From: Vulcanimicrobiota bacterium
Lineage (GTDB): Bacteria > Vulcanimicrobiota > Vulcanimicrobiia > Vulcanimicrobiales > Vulcanimicrobiaceae
Direction of reading: 5' to 3'
Assembly: GCA_963833095.1 (NCBI GenBank)
Contig: CAWHWQ010000001.1
Coordinates: forward strand, 864,001-928,000
DNA: 64,000 bases
The notes under the pieces were generated by a model. The model was given only the letters and a program-made list of their open reading frames with translations, ran no database searches and was not told where the DNA came from. The position numbers were made by a program, and so were the translations under genes. Shown piece after piece: positions 47,019 to 57,554 of the stretch (within the stretch, counting starts at the first letter, position 1; each line of letters starts with the position of its first letter).

Positions 47019-48203
47019 ATGGCAAATCATACCGGACGTCACTTTCTTCAGATTCCGGGGCCGACCAACGTCCCGGACCGTATTTTGCGCGCGATTGACC
47101 TGCCGACCATCGACCATCGGGGCCCCGAGTTCGCTGCGCTCGCGCTCGACGTCTTAGACGGCATCAAGACGATCTTCCAAACCAAAAGTCCCGTCGTCAT
47201 CTACAGTTCTTCTGGGACCGGCGCGTGGGAAGCGGCACTCGTCAACGCGCTCTCGCCCGGCGACCGTGTTCTCATGTTCGAAACGGGTCAATTCGCATCG
47301 CTCTGGCGCGCTATGGCCGAACGCCTCGGCTTGAACGTGGAGTTTGTCGCGGGCGATTGGCGACACGGTGTCGACCCGGTTGAAGTCGAGCAGCGTCTCG
47401 CGCGCGACAGCAAACACGAGTTCAAGGCTGTGATGGTGGTGCACACCGAGACCTCCACCGGCATCACCAGCCGCGTGCCCGACGTGCGCGCGGCAATCGA
47501 CCGCGTGGGACATCCCGCGCTGCTGATGGTCGACACGATCTCTTCGCTCGCGTCGGTCGATTATCGCCACGACGAATGGGGCGTCGACGTAACCGTCGGC
47601 GGGTCACAAAAAGGTTTGATGCTGCCGCCCGGGCTCGGATTCAACGCCGTTTCCCCGAAAGCGCTCGAAGCGTCGCAGCGTTCGCGCTTCACGAAATCCT
47701 ACTGGAGTTGGCTCGAGATCCTCAACGCGAACAAAAGCGGCTTCTGGCCGTACACGCCAAGTACCAACATGCTCTATGGGTTGCGCGAGGCGATCACGAT
47801 GCTGCACGAAGAGGGTCTGCCCGCCGTTTTCGAACGTCACGCTCGCCACGGCGAAGCAACGCGTCGCGCGGTGCGGGGCTGGAATCTTGAACTGGTGGCA
47901 GCAGACCCGCGCGAGTATTCGAACTCCGTGACGGCAATCGTCGTACCCGACAACGTTAACGCCGATGATTTGCGCGCGGCTATTCTCGAGCGTTACGACA
48001 TGTCGTTGGGCACAGGGCTCGGACGGCTCCAAGGCCGAGCATTCCGCATCGGGCATCTCGGCTATTTCAACGACTTGATGCTCGCCGGAACGCTCTGCGG
48101 CGTCCAGATGGGCCTCGACCTTCTGGACATACCGCACGGCGACGGTGTGGCCCCGGCACTTGCATTCCTTACTAACGCAGCAGAAAGGCTCACAACAGCA
48201 TGA
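47019..48203 (+). CDS. Class V aminotransferase (serine/alanine-glyoxylate aminotransferase-like)
   Basis: GRHFLQIPGPTNVP, DHRGPEF, SGTGAWE, H.ETSTG, DTISS, GSQKG, FRIGHLG. Confidence 0.92.
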   Translation: MANHTGRHFLQIPGPTNVPDRILRAIDLPTIDHRGPEFAALALDVLDGIKTIFQTKSPVVIYSSSGTGAWEAALVNALSPGDRVLMFETGQFASLWRAMAERLGLNVEFVAGDWRHGVDPVEVEQRLARDSKHEFKAVMVVHTETSTGITSRVPDVRAAIDRVGHPALLMVDTISSLASVDYRHDEWGVDVTVGGSQKGLMLPPGLGFNAVSPKALEASQRSRFTKSYWSWLEILNANKSGFWPYTPSTNMLYGLREAITMLHEEGLPAVFERHARHGEATRRAVRGWNLELVAADPREYSNSVTAIVVPDNVNADDLRAAILERYDMSLGTGLGRLQGRAFRIGHLGYFNDLMLAGTLCGVQMGLDLLDIPHGDGVAPALAFLTNAAERLTTA

Positions 48204-49525
48204 GTGTTCAAAAGCCGCTGACGAGCACAATCGGCGCGTTGCGCGCGTCGCACGTGCGATACACGATCCTTGCACTCATTTGTTTTCTGTATTTCCTCTC
48301 GTATCTCGATCGCACGGCAATCTCGGTAACCGCTCCCGCGATGATCAAAGAGTTTCACTTCACCAAAGCGACGATGGGTCTGGTGTTTTCCGCGTTTGCG
48401 ACCACCTATGCGCTGCTGCAAATCGTCGGCGGAGCGTTCGGCGACCGCTTCGGGCCGCGCACCGTGCTGTCGTTTCTGATGGCGATGTGGTCGCTGTTCA
48501 CCGTCGCTACCGGCGCCGCCGTCAACTTCTTCACCTTGTTTCTTGCGCGCTTGCTGTTCGGCTTGGGCGAAGCCGGTGGTTTTCCGGTTTCGACCCGGGC
48601 GCTATCGTCGTGGTTCCCCATGGAAGTACGCGGGTCTCTGCAGGGGATATTGCATGCGTGCTCGCGCACCGGCGGCGCGGTGTCACCGATCATCGTCGTG
48701 GCGATTGTCGCTTGGACCGGCAGTTGGCGCTATGCCTTCTTCGTGCTCGGCGCGCTCGGGATCGTTTGGGCGCTCGCGTTCTATGTCATGTACCGGAACT
48801 CACCAACTGACGTACCCGCAGTCAACGGACAAGAACTCGACTACATCCGCGGCGCTACATCGACGAGACCGGCGGAGGCGCCGCAGCAGCATGGCATTCC
48901 ATGGCGTCAGATCCTTGCAAGCCCCGATGTCTGGCTTCTGACGCTAGCGTACTTCGCTTACGGATACACGTTCTGGATCTACATTACATGGCTGCCGACG
49001 TATCTCACCGACGCGCGCCATCTTCCGTTCGGAGCGCTTGCTCTGGGTGTTGCTATCCCGCTTGCAGGCGGCGTCCCGGGCGATTTGGTGGGCGGATGGC
49101 TCTCCGACTACATCTATAAACGGACGGGTGATCTGAATCTGGCACGACGCTGGCCGATCGCCGGCGCGTTCCTCGGCACGGTTGTGTTCATCCTCCCGGC
49201 GATTTATGTCAGCAACGTGGCCGTCGCAATCGTCCTGCTGGCGTGCGCGATGTTCATGCTGGAATGTGCGGTGTCCAATTGCTGGGCCGTCGCAATGGAC
49301 CTCGGCGGTCAGAACTTTTGTGGAACGATCTCGGCGTTCATGAACACTGGGTTTGGCGTCGCCGGCATCCTCTCACCCCTGATTTTCGGAATCCTCGTGG
49401 ATCGCACGGGCTCGTGGCTCGTGGGCTTCATGATCGGTTCGGCACTTCTGATGCTCGGAGCAATTGCGATTGTGTACGTGAATGCGACGCATCAGGTAGG
49501 TCACACAACCGTGGAGGTACTATGA
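48200..49525 (+). CDS. MFS transporter (ACS/sugar-acid type)
   Basis: R..IL, YLDR..IS, G.F.DRFGPR, R.L.G.GEA..FP, WLPTYL. Confidence 0.9.
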   Translation: MSVQKPLTSTIGALRASHVRYTILALICFLYFLSYLDRTAISVTAPAMIKEFHFTKATMGLVFSAFATTYALLQIVGGAFGDRFGPRTVLSFLMAMWSLFTVATGAAVNFFTLFLARLLFGLGEAGGFPVSTRALSSWFPMEVRGSLQGILHACSRTGGAVSPIIVVAIVAWTGSWRYAFFVLGALGIVWALAFYVMYRNSPTDVPAVNGQELDYIRGATSTRPAEAPQQHGIPWRQILASPDVWLLTLAYFAYGYTFWIYITWLPTYLTDARHLPFGALALGVAIPLAGGVPGDLVGGWLSDYIYKRTGDLNLARRWPIAGAFLGTVVFILPAIYVSNVAVAIVLLACAMFMLECAVSNCWAVAMDLGGQNFCGTISAFMNTGFGVAGILSPLIFGILVDRTGSWLVGFMIGSALLMLGAIAIVYVNATHQVGHTTVEVL

Positions 49526-49989
49526 TTCGCCGCATTTTCGTACTGGCCGCAACGCTATCGCTCGCGTTCTTGACGACGAACCCCGCGCTTGCAGGCTGCC
49601 GCGGAGGCACATTCGTCACCTTCCAAAACAATACGAAGTACTGCGTCTGGGCGACACTCTACTATTCATACACGATGCAGGCCGGCTGGAAAATCGAACG
49701 CGCCCACGAGGTGGTTCCGAATGGCTCGTGGTCTTCATGGATCGCGTTTAACTACATCGACCTCGGCCCGCAGATCGGGGCGCGCGCGGAGGTCATGAAT
49801 TACACGAACGTCCCATGCAAGGGTTCCCCAAACGTTGGCGACGTCCGCAGCAATGAAGATGTGCCTCGCGTCAAGATGAATGGCCAGTGGGAGCTGAGTC
49901 CGCGCAAAGCGACGATCAACGACAACAACGGGCGCTTCACGATCGGCCTCGGCCTCGGCCCGTATCCACAGGGCTCGAATTGCTTCTAG
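49522..49989 (+). CDS. Secreted hypothetical protein (4 Cys)
   Basis: GGAGG RBS, ATGA overlap with MFS stop, signal peptide ending ALA. Confidence 0.75.
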   Translation: MIRRIFVLAATLSLAFLTTNPALAGCRGGTFVTFQNNTKYCVWATLYYSYTMQAGWKIERAHEVVPNGSWSSWIAFNYIDLGPQIGARAEVMNYTNVPCKGSPNVGDVRSNEDVPRVKMNGQWELSPRKATINDNNGRFTIGLGLGPYPQGSNCF

Positions 49990-49992
49990 AAC

Positions 49993-50031
49993 GGAAAAAG
50001 CCCCGCGCAAGCGGGGCTTTTCCTTGGTAGC
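49993..50031. terminator. Bidirectional terminator followed by tRNA-end remnant TGGTAGC (scar copy A)
   Basis: AAAAGCCCCGC/GCGGGGCTTTT stem; TGGTAGC at 50025-50031. Confidence 0.75.
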
Positions 50032-50036
50032 CGTTC

Positions 50037-53000
50037 CTAGTTTCCAGCGGCTGCTTTGATTTGTGCGATTGCCGCGTCGGCTTGACCCTCGAGCTGCTTG
50101 GCGGCATCCGCTTCCGCAGCCGTCGGCGCCGAATACGAGAGATCGAGCGAGTTCATCAGAAACGCGAGGTGATCGCGAAGCTTTGACGGGAACATGATGT
50201 CCGCCTCACTCGAGCGATAGCGCGGTTCGTAGACGGCCGTCACCGCACTCTCGACCGCGGAGCGCTTTGCCGGCGGCAACGACGCCATTTTGTTCTGCGC
50301 GGCGTTGATCGTCGTATCGAGCTCGTTGATCTTGTTCGAGAGTTCGGTAGCAAGCGCCAAACGCGACGGCAATTCGTCCGCGCCCGGATTGAAGCGCGGA
50401 TCGAGTTGAAGTTTGAATGACGCCTTGGTGACGGTTCCACCGTAGCTCAACACTACGGTGTAGTCGCCGGGTAGCGTCGTCGGGCCCGGAAGGTCGTCGC
50501 GGAAGTCGTCCGTCGGCACAAGGTGCTGGCCGACGATCTCGGTTGCGCCGGCGTAACGCAGATCCCAGAGGAACTTATTCATCCCCGGCTCGACCGCAGT
50601 CTCGCGCGAAAGATGATAGTTCGCGACGGTAATCGCATCCATCGCAGTCAGTTCCTCGCCCGAGTACTTCTTTGCTTTCTTATTCTTGAGATGCAGGTTG
50701 AATGTGCGAATCGTCTTCCCGTTTGCATCTTGAAATGAAAGCGTCGCCGGCGTTCTTCCGTTGTAATTGGACGGGAGATTGAAGAAGACGCTCGCGCCGT
50801 AGTCCGGGTTGTCGCCTGCCGGACCATAACTACCGCCGCCGTACGCGTGCGTCAGCCAGGCCGTCTCGGGCGCGAAGACCTGCGCCGAGGATGTCGAGGG
50901 TGAAGATTCGCGCGCGACGTCCTCGACCTGTTGCAGATGATCGAGCACCCAGAACGAGCGGCCGTGCGTCGCAATCGCAACTTCGCCTTCGCGCGCGTTG
51001 ATCGCAATGTCACGCACTTCTACCGGCGGTAGATTCAATGCGAGTGATTGCCACGACTGCCCGCCGTTGAGGCTCACGTACACGCGGCTGCGCGTTCCGG
51101 CGAACATCACGCGCGGCTCACGCGGGTCGATACGCACGGCATAGACGGTTTGATCCGACGCAATGCCGTTCGTCATTTGCGCCCAGTTCGCGCCGCAATC
51201 CGTTGTTTTGAAGATAAAGGGACGCATATCGTCCCACATGTAGCGGGACGCCGTAACAAACGCGGTGCACGCGTCAGTCTGCGACGGCTCGAAGCTCGTG
51301 ATCCGTGACCAGAGCGACCCCATCTGCTTGGGCGTCACATCTTTCCAGTTCGCGCCGCCGTCTTGCGTGACGTGAACGAGCCCATCGGCCGAGCCGGCCC
51401 AGATGGTGTCTTTGCTCACGGGCGAAAAGCCGAGCGACGCGATATCAGGGAAGGTCTCAGCACCGGTCTGATCCCAGTAGACGTTGCCGCCGCTTGGGCC
51501 TTCGGTCGACTTGTCGTTACGCGTCAAGTCGGGGCTGATCACTTTCCAGTTGCGACCGTAGTCGTCGCTTCGGAAGACGACCTGCGCCGCTTCGAACAGC
51601 GTATGTGGTTCCGCGGGCGAAAACATCACCGGATGGGTCCAGCCGAAGCGATACTTGGTGTCGCTCGCCTGATGGCCTGCAAGATAGATCGCCCACGGCG
51701 TGACGTTCTTTTCGTCGCCGGTCGAATAATCCAGGCGCGCAAGGGCGCTGTAGTACGCCGCACCGTAGGTGACTTTCGGATCGTTTGGATCGACGGCTAC
51801 GTAGGTGCTCTCGCCGAGCGCCACGCCGTGCACAACGTTCGACCCCAATCCTTCGTTCGAAGCGCTGGGCATTTCGAATGCGCCGGCGTCCTGCATCGCG
51901 CCGTACATATGGTACGGAAATTGCCCATCGAGCACGATGTGGTAGAACTGTGAAAGCGGCTGATTCTGCGTGGTGCTAAACGTCTTGCCGCCGTCGACGG
52001 AGACGTTGGCTCCGCCGTCGTCACCGATGATCAAGATCTTTGGATTGTGCGGATTGATCCAGATGATATGGTTGTCGCCGAGGCCCGGGCCGAGGGGTTT
52101 CCACGTGTGGCCGCCATCGGTTGTTTTGAAGACGCTGTCGACGTTGGGCGCGTAGGCGACTTTCCAATTGGTTGGGTCGACGTAAATCGCCATATAATAG
52201 AAGGCGCGTTGACGAAGTTTCCACTCGTCGTTGACACGCGACCAGGTCGCGCCGGCATTGTCGGACCGAAAGACGCCGCCGTCTTTGGCTTGCACGACCG
52301 CATAAACGACGTTTGAATTGTTCGGGGCCACGGCGACCCCCATCTTGCCGAGCATGCCCTTGGCAAAGCCGGGATTCGTAGAAATCTTTCTCCAGGTTTT
52401 GCCCGCATCCGTGGTCTTGTAAATCGCGCTGCCGGGTCCACCGCTCGTCAACGTCCACTCAGTGCGCTGCGCCTGCCACATGGTCGCATACAACACGTTC
52501 GGGTTCTTTGCGTCCATGACGATGTTGTTGGCGCCGGTGTTATCGTCGACGAAGAGGACTTTCTGCCATGTCTTGCCGCCGTCGACGGTCTTGTACACGC
52601 CGCGATCGGCGTTCGGTTTGAAGACGTGGCCCATCGACGTCGCATAGACAATATTGGGGTTGCGCGGGTCGATAACGATCGAACTCGTTTGACGCGTTTC
52701 GCGCAGCCCGGCGTACCGCCAGGTCCCCCCGGCATCGGTCGACTTATAGACGCCTTCGCCGTTCTCCCAATCGCCGCGAATATCGCTCTCGCCGGTGCCG
52801 ACGTAAATGATCTTTGCATTTGACGGTGCCACAGCAATGGCACCAATGCTGTGCGAAATTTTGCCCATCTTGCCATCGGTAATATTGTCCCAGGAGTTGC
52901 CGGCATTTTCGCTTTTCCAGACACCGCCCTGAACGCCGCCCATATAAAAGAGATTTGGGTCACTCGGTACGCCGGCTACCGCCACCACACGGCCGCCGAT

Positions 53001-53132
53001 GTATGGGCCGACAAGGCGCCACTCCATCTTGCTCAGGAGTTTTTCGGATGGGGTGCTGGTAGCGGCGGGAACAGCACTTGGAGCCATGGCAAAAAACGCC
53101 GCGGCCAGGAGAGTAGCAACAATTCGCTTCAT
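50037..53132 (-). CDS. Secreted VPS10/BNR-repeat (sortilin-like) glycosyl hydrolase
   Basis: WR.VGP..GGRV, many S.D.G.TW Asp-boxes, YY..I..DP, ATHGRS.W.LD. Confidence 0.9.
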   Translation of the reverse strand: MKRIVATLLAAAFFAMAPSAVPAATSTPSEKLLSKMEWRLVGPYIGGRVVAVAGVPSDPNLFYMGGVQGGVWKSENAGNSWDNITDGKMGKISHSIGAIAVAPSNAKIIYVGTGESDIRGDWENGEGVYKSTDAGGTWRYAGLRETRQTSSIVIDPRNPNIVYATSMGHVFKPNADRGVYKTVDGGKTWQKVLFVDDNTGANNIVMDAKNPNVLYATMWQAQRTEWTLTSGGPGSAIYKTTDAGKTWRKISTNPGFAKGMLGKMGVAVAPNNSNVVYAVVQAKDGGVFRSDNAGATWSRVNDEWKLRQRAFYYMAIYVDPTNWKVAYAPNVDSVFKTTDGGHTWKPLGPGLGDNHIIWINPHNPKILIIGDDGGANVSVDGGKTFSTTQNQPLSQFYHIVLDGQFPYHMYGAMQDAGAFEMPSASNEGLGSNVVHGVALGESTYVAVDPNDPKVTYGAAYYSALARLDYSTGDEKNVTPWAIYLAGHQASDTKYRFGWTHPVMFSPAEPHTLFEAAQVVFRSDDYGRNWKVISPDLTRNDKSTEGPSGGNVYWDQTGAETFPDIASLGFSPVSKDTIWAGSADGLVHVTQDGGANWKDVTPKQMGSLWSRITSFEPSQTDACTAFVTASRYMWDDMRPFIFKTTDCGANWAQMTNGIASDQTVYAVRIDPREPRVMFAGTRSRVYVSLNGGQSWQSLALNLPPVEVRDIAINAREGEVAIATHGRSFWVLDHLQQVEDVARESSPSTSSAQVFAPETAWLTHAYGGGSYGPAGDNPDYGASVFFNLPSNYNGRTPATLSFQDANGKTIRTFNLHLKNKKAKKYSGEELTAMDAITVANYHLSRETAVEPGMNKFLWDLRYAGATEIVGQHLVPTDDFRDDLPGPTTLPGDYTVVLSYGGTVTKASFKLQLDPRFNPGADELPSRLALATELSNKINELDTTINAAQNKMASLPPAKRSAVESAVTAVYEPRYRSSEADIMFPSKLRDHLAFLMNSLDLSYSAPTAAEADAAKQLEGQADAAIAQIKAAAGN

Positions 53133-53151
53133 CAAAGCGCTATACTCCGGC

Positions 53152-53196
53152 AAAAAGAAAAGCCCCGCAAAAGCGGGGCTCAAGTTTGTAGCGCCA
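53152..53196 (-). repeat. Degenerate tRNA 3' end + terminator (scar copy B)
   Basis: AAAAAGAAAAGCCCCGCAAAAGCGGGGCTCAAGTTTGTAGCGCCA, a near-copy of 59936-59979. Confidence 0.8.
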
Positions 53197-53201
53197 GGGT
53201 T

Positions 53202-53459
53202 TTACGGACAACTCACAACGATGGCGTTGCCAACGCGGCCGCCCGAGCCGGTCGGCTGGATGTGCGTCTTTGGCGTGACGCCATTTGCAATGTCCTTGTT
53301 CTTGTCCAGGCAAAGCATCGTCGCCGCGATTCCTGGTTCGACGCCGAAGACGCCGCCGGCAATTCGCAAGTTCGCATTAGCAAAAGCACCAACGGTAGCT
53401 GCCGCAGTCGCAACGGCGGCAAGAAGCGCAATGTGCGCAAATCTAGCAGAGATTTTCAT
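53202..53459 (-). CDS. Small secreted hypothetical protein (2 Cys)
   Basis: MKISARFAHIALLAAVATAAA signal; 85 aa; stop just before scar B. Confidence 0.6.
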   Translation of the reverse strand: MKISARFAHIALLAAVATAAATVGAFANANLRIAGGVFGVEPGIAATMLCLDKNKDIANGVTPKTHIQPTGSGGRVGNAIVVSCP

Positions 53460-53505
53460 ACAACGTGCTACCCGTTGGTCTGCGCCGATACCTGTCTTGC
53501 TGAGG

Positions 53506-53534
53506 TTGACAGGAGACGCTATATTATCTATTAT
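53506..53534 (+). promoter_or_regulatory. Near-consensus sigma70 promoter for a (nearly) leaderless padR
   Basis: TTGACA (53506-11), 17-nt spacer, TATTAT (53529-34); ATG at 53544; no SD. Confidence 0.75.
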
Positions 53535-53543
53535 GTGGACATT

Positions 53544-53876
53544 ATGGCGAAGGGTGACTATCTCGGCGAATTCGAGCATATCGTTCTGCTGACGGTGTTC
53601 CGTTTGGGTGAGGGTGCATATGGGGCGATGATTCGCGCTGAAATCGAACGCGTAACGGGTCGTTCTCCCGCGATCGGTGCGGTCCACGCGACACTCGAGC
53701 GACTCGAGCGCAAGCAATTGGTCGCGTCGTGGATCGGCGAGCCGACCGCTGAGCGCGGCGGTAAAGCCAAGCGTCACTTCAAGGTCGAAGCTGACGGCAT
53801 TTCGGCGCTCAAAAATGCGCGAAATACGTTGGAACGACTTCACGCGGGCGTGTCGCTCCGAGACGCAAAAACGTGA
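53544..53876 (+). CDS. PadR-family transcriptional regulator
   Basis: LGEFE..VLL.V.RL...AYG..I..EI...GR....GAV..TL.RLE.K, ERGG..KR.F. Confidence 0.9.
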   Translation: MAKGDYLGEFEHIVLLTVFRLGEGAYGAMIRAEIERVTGRSPAIGAVHATLERLERKQLVASWIGEPTAERGGKAKRHFKVEADGISALKNARNTLERLHAGVSLRDAKT

Positions 53877-54448
53877 GGCCGCCTGCCCTCGCGCAAGCGC
53901 TCGTCGCAGCCGCCGCACCGGCCGGCGACTATGAGATTATTGCGGGCGATCTGCACGAGGAATACGTTCGCATTATGAATTCGAGCGGAGCGAAGGCGGC
54001 GAACCGCTGGTATTGGGCGCAAACGCTGCGTTCAATACCGTCGCTCCTCTCGTACTCTAAATCGAATCGATCGGCGCTTCGCCAGATTGGTGTCGCGTGC
54101 ACTGCCCTCGCCGTATTGGTTACGATGTCGGCAGTTCTCATGACACTCGATTCGGTTTTCGGCAACGGAGACCAGCTTGCGTGCTGGGTGTGGTTTTGCA
54201 TCAACTATACGAATGCAGTAGTATTCGGCGCGATCCTCGGGTGGCTCGTCGGTGCTGACGGCCTGCGCGTTACCTTTTTTGCGTCGGTATTTCTCGTTCT
54301 GTGCTTTGTCGTTCCGGCAATCGCAGGGCATCCGGGTTCTCAAGCGCCGTTGTCGAGTTGGCTTGTTCTTTTGGGGGCGGTTCCTGTAATGTGCATCGGC
54401 GCCGGAGTCAGCCAGGTCATCAGACGAAGCATCGATAGCGCGCGCTAA
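53873..54448 (+). CDS. PadR-associated membrane protein with permease-prefix-like N-terminus
   Basis: PP..A..L......I.GDL.EEY......A.RWYW.Q followed by about 4 TMs; GTGA coupling. Confidence 0.75.
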   Translation: MRPPALAQALVAAAAPAGDYEIIAGDLHEEYVRIMNSSGAKAANRWYWAQTLRSIPSLLSYSKSNRSALRQIGVACTALAVLVTMSAVLMTLDSVFGNGDQLACWVWFCINYTNAVVFGAILGWLVGADGLRVTFFASVFLVLCFVVPAIAGHPGSQAPLSSWLVLLGAVPVMCIGAGVSQVIRRSIDSAR

Positions 54449-54457
54449 GGAGCCTTC

Positions 54458-56631
54458 ATGAGAGCCCTAGCGCGAGGCGTGCTTCGTGTTGCCACAATCG
54501 GCGCGCTCGTGGTCGCAAAAATGACTCTAGCGGCTGGCGCCGACGACGCACTACCCACCCTCACACTGCCCGCGGCGCCCGCGCCCGCGATGAAGGGCGA
54601 GGTGGATAAGTCGTGGGACGGCGCGGCAACGCTCCATCTGGATTACGACTTCACGTATCGCCGCGCGGCGACCTCGCCTGCGACGGTGCGCGTAACGCAG
54701 GATGGGACCGCGCTCTACGTCGCGTTCGAAGTGGCTCAAAAAGCCGCGATCATCGCCAATCAGCACGCAAACGGCAGCTCCGTTTTAAGCGACGATTACG
54801 TCGGCGTGTATTTCAATCCGCAAGGGAGTGAGGGTTTTTCGTACGCATTCTTCGCCAATCCAATCGGCACGCGCTATCAGATGTCGAGCGAGAACAGCGC
54901 GTACTCACCGGAATGGACCGCCGTCGCCCGCTCGACTCAGAGCGGCTATGACGTAACGATGCGCATTCCGCTGAGCATCATCCGCTCGGGCGGCTCGCGC
55001 GACTGGCGCATGCAATTCGTGCGCTTCTCTGGAGCCACAAACTCGCTCGACGTGTGGGCTTACTCGTCCATCGCGAGCTCGGCGTCGGATCCGACGTTCA
55101 TCGGCATGGCCAAAGGCGTCGGCGTCGCGCCGGCCGGATCGAAATCGACGAGAGCGCGCGATGCGGCACGCTTCCAACCGTATGCGCTTTCCGCGTCCAC
55201 TTCAGCGAGAATGGCGGCAGCACCTCACGCATCGGCGCCGACTTTTCGCTGCCGTTGACACCAACCGCGTCGTTCGTCGGCACGCTGCACCCCGACTACT
55301 CGAATGTGGAATCCGACCAGCAGACGATCGCGCCGACCGCGTTCGCCCGCCAATATGTTGAAGTGCGGCCATTCTTTACCCAGCTAGCGAGCAACTTCTA
55401 TCAAAACTTCATCTGTGTCGCCTGTCCTCAAACGCTCTACACGCCGGCGATTCCGACGTTCTCGCAAGGCTATGGTGCCGAGGGCACACAGGGGCGCGTA
55501 ACGTTCGCCGCGTTCGACGCGCTCGGTCTGAGCCGTACCGACCAAGCCGAGACCGTGAACTACGCTTACGAGGATCCACGGCAAATGTTTGGCATCGATA
55601 CTCAGCGTGTCGCGGTCAACGCCTATGGCCTGAGCGACGTCACGTCGTCGCTCGGACTGGGCTATATCAACCAACACACGCACTTCGGCGTCTACAGCAA
55701 CAACGTCTTCGAATCGGGATCGTTGGTCAGCGACGGCGCGCAGGCCCAAGACCGAGAGTATGGTTTACTCTACTCAACGTCAACGAGCAGCTATGTCGTC
55801 GGCGTGCAGCAGATCGGCGCTCAATTCGATCCTCTCGACGGCTACGTCGCGCAGAACGACATCCTCGGTTATCAGAGCCTTCTGCAGCACACCTTTAACT
55901 TCACGCCGTCGTTCTGGCTTCACGGCGTCAACGTAACGAATTACTTCGCGCGGTACAACAATCATCTCGGCCTGCTCTCACGAGCAGAGGAGGAATTGCA
56001 AGTCAGGATCGACTTGAAAGACCTGCTCACCGTGAAGCTCTATGGGAGTCCCCAAGACATCCGCACCGTCGAGAACGAGCTCCTCCCGTTTAACGGCAAC
56101 GGCTTCAACGTCGGGTATCGCGAAAACACGAACACACCGTCATACCTGCAATACACCGGCGGACCATACTACCACGGCGGACTCGACGCGTGGACCTATC
56201 TCACCACGCTGCCCGTTACTCGCCGTATCCACGTAGCGCTTGAGACCGATGAAGATAAATACCTGACGGTCTATCCCGGCGAGGTTTCGACCGATCAATG
56301 GCTGGCGCGTGCCTCGCTCGACTGGCAGCCGAATAAAGAATGGCAGTTCGACGTTGGCATGCGCCGCATCGTTGGCCCGAATCTCCCCAACGCGTTCCAA
56401 ACGCCGGTATACCAAAGCATCTATTCGCCAGCGTCTACCTGCAATATCGCGACGGGAAATCCGTACCAGTCCGGGTGCTTCATCGACGCCGGGAACGTCT
56501 CACTTGCGCTGCATTACTTGCGCGGACACGACGAGTTCTATTTCGTCTACGGCAATGCGAACAACCTCATCACCGAACCAGCCCTGTTCGTCAAGTGGAT
56601 CCTCTACATCGGCGCACAGAAGGGGCAATAG
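54458..56631 (+). pseudogene. CBM9/DOMON-like + outer-membrane barrel (DUF5916-like) protein, split by a 1-nt frameshift
   Basis: N-part: T.VR...D...LYVAF, DD.V.V.F.P, F.ANP.G, W.A, MRIP. C-part: T.HPDYSNVE.DQ, E.RPFF. The frame changes at about 55190-55205. Confidence 0.75.
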
Positions 56632-56689
56632 ACGCTTCCACGCCGACAGGAAGCGCGCGATCACCAGGTTGAGACGGCAAGTTCCGCAA

Positions 56690-56900
56690 AACTACCGCGA
56701 CGATGTGCTTGTTGGCTCGGGCTGCGGCGGCGGGTCTATGGTCCCGGCTGCGCACGTCCCGGCGGCCACGAGCGGCGACGGAACGCTAGAGCTCGCGGTC
56801 ACGATTCCGGCGAAGACTGCGGTGAGCGTCAGACGGCGTCCAGCGTACATCTCTCAGCGGGAGTCTGCACGCTGACTCGGTTACGCTGACATACACTGCT
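56690..56900 (+). pseudogene. Remnant of a lipoprotein gene
   Basis: GSGCGGGS..P...P......L.VTIP......RRPAYIS then stop; no intact start/signal peptide. Confidence 0.4.
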
Positions 56901-57554
56901 TCAGGCTTGCAAGTCGAGGGCAAAGCCCGACACCACTGATCACCGCGAGTGACAAGCCGATTTAAACAGAAGTCGAAGCGGGAAGCGTTACGGTTCTTGG
57001 TCGATACGGTTGACCGTACGGCTGCGGGCTGCGCGGCGACGAAGTATTTGGGCATTGCCCAAGGAGCTGTGTGCGCCCTATTGACGTCGTGTGCGCCACG
57101 ATGTATTGAACCGCTGGCGGTTCGCTCGCGCGCTGCTCGGGTGGCGGAAACTGAAAGAGCATCGGAGCACTTGATCCCACACGAAGCGGATCATCTGCCT
57201 CGTCATGGTAGCGCCACATCCAATCGAGTGGAACGCGTGAAGAATCAGCGTCGTAAAGGGACTCTGACCAAGTTCACAGGCGACCGTTCCGCGTTCGGCT
57301 GTGCGACCGTCGACGTTCGAGCAATCGACGCGAAGAAATGCATTCGTACCGCTGATCTGCAATGCGATGTAAGATGGCATACCCGCGCATTCTAGGCGGA
57401 GAGCGAACAACTTCCTGTATCGTATTGAGCACAGCGCATCCTCGGCTGGGAATCGAACGGAAACGTAACGTCTCGCTAGGCATCCGCTCGCTCGTTTCGC
57501 ACAGGAATGGGCCGCTGTTGCGCGGGAAGCGTTGTTATTCTTGGGGGTGTAAAA

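Noticed and set aside
52851..53543. N-terminal extension making PadR 341 aa
   Set aside because: It overlaps two opposite-strand genes and scar B. The promoter and PadR homology point to ATG 53544.
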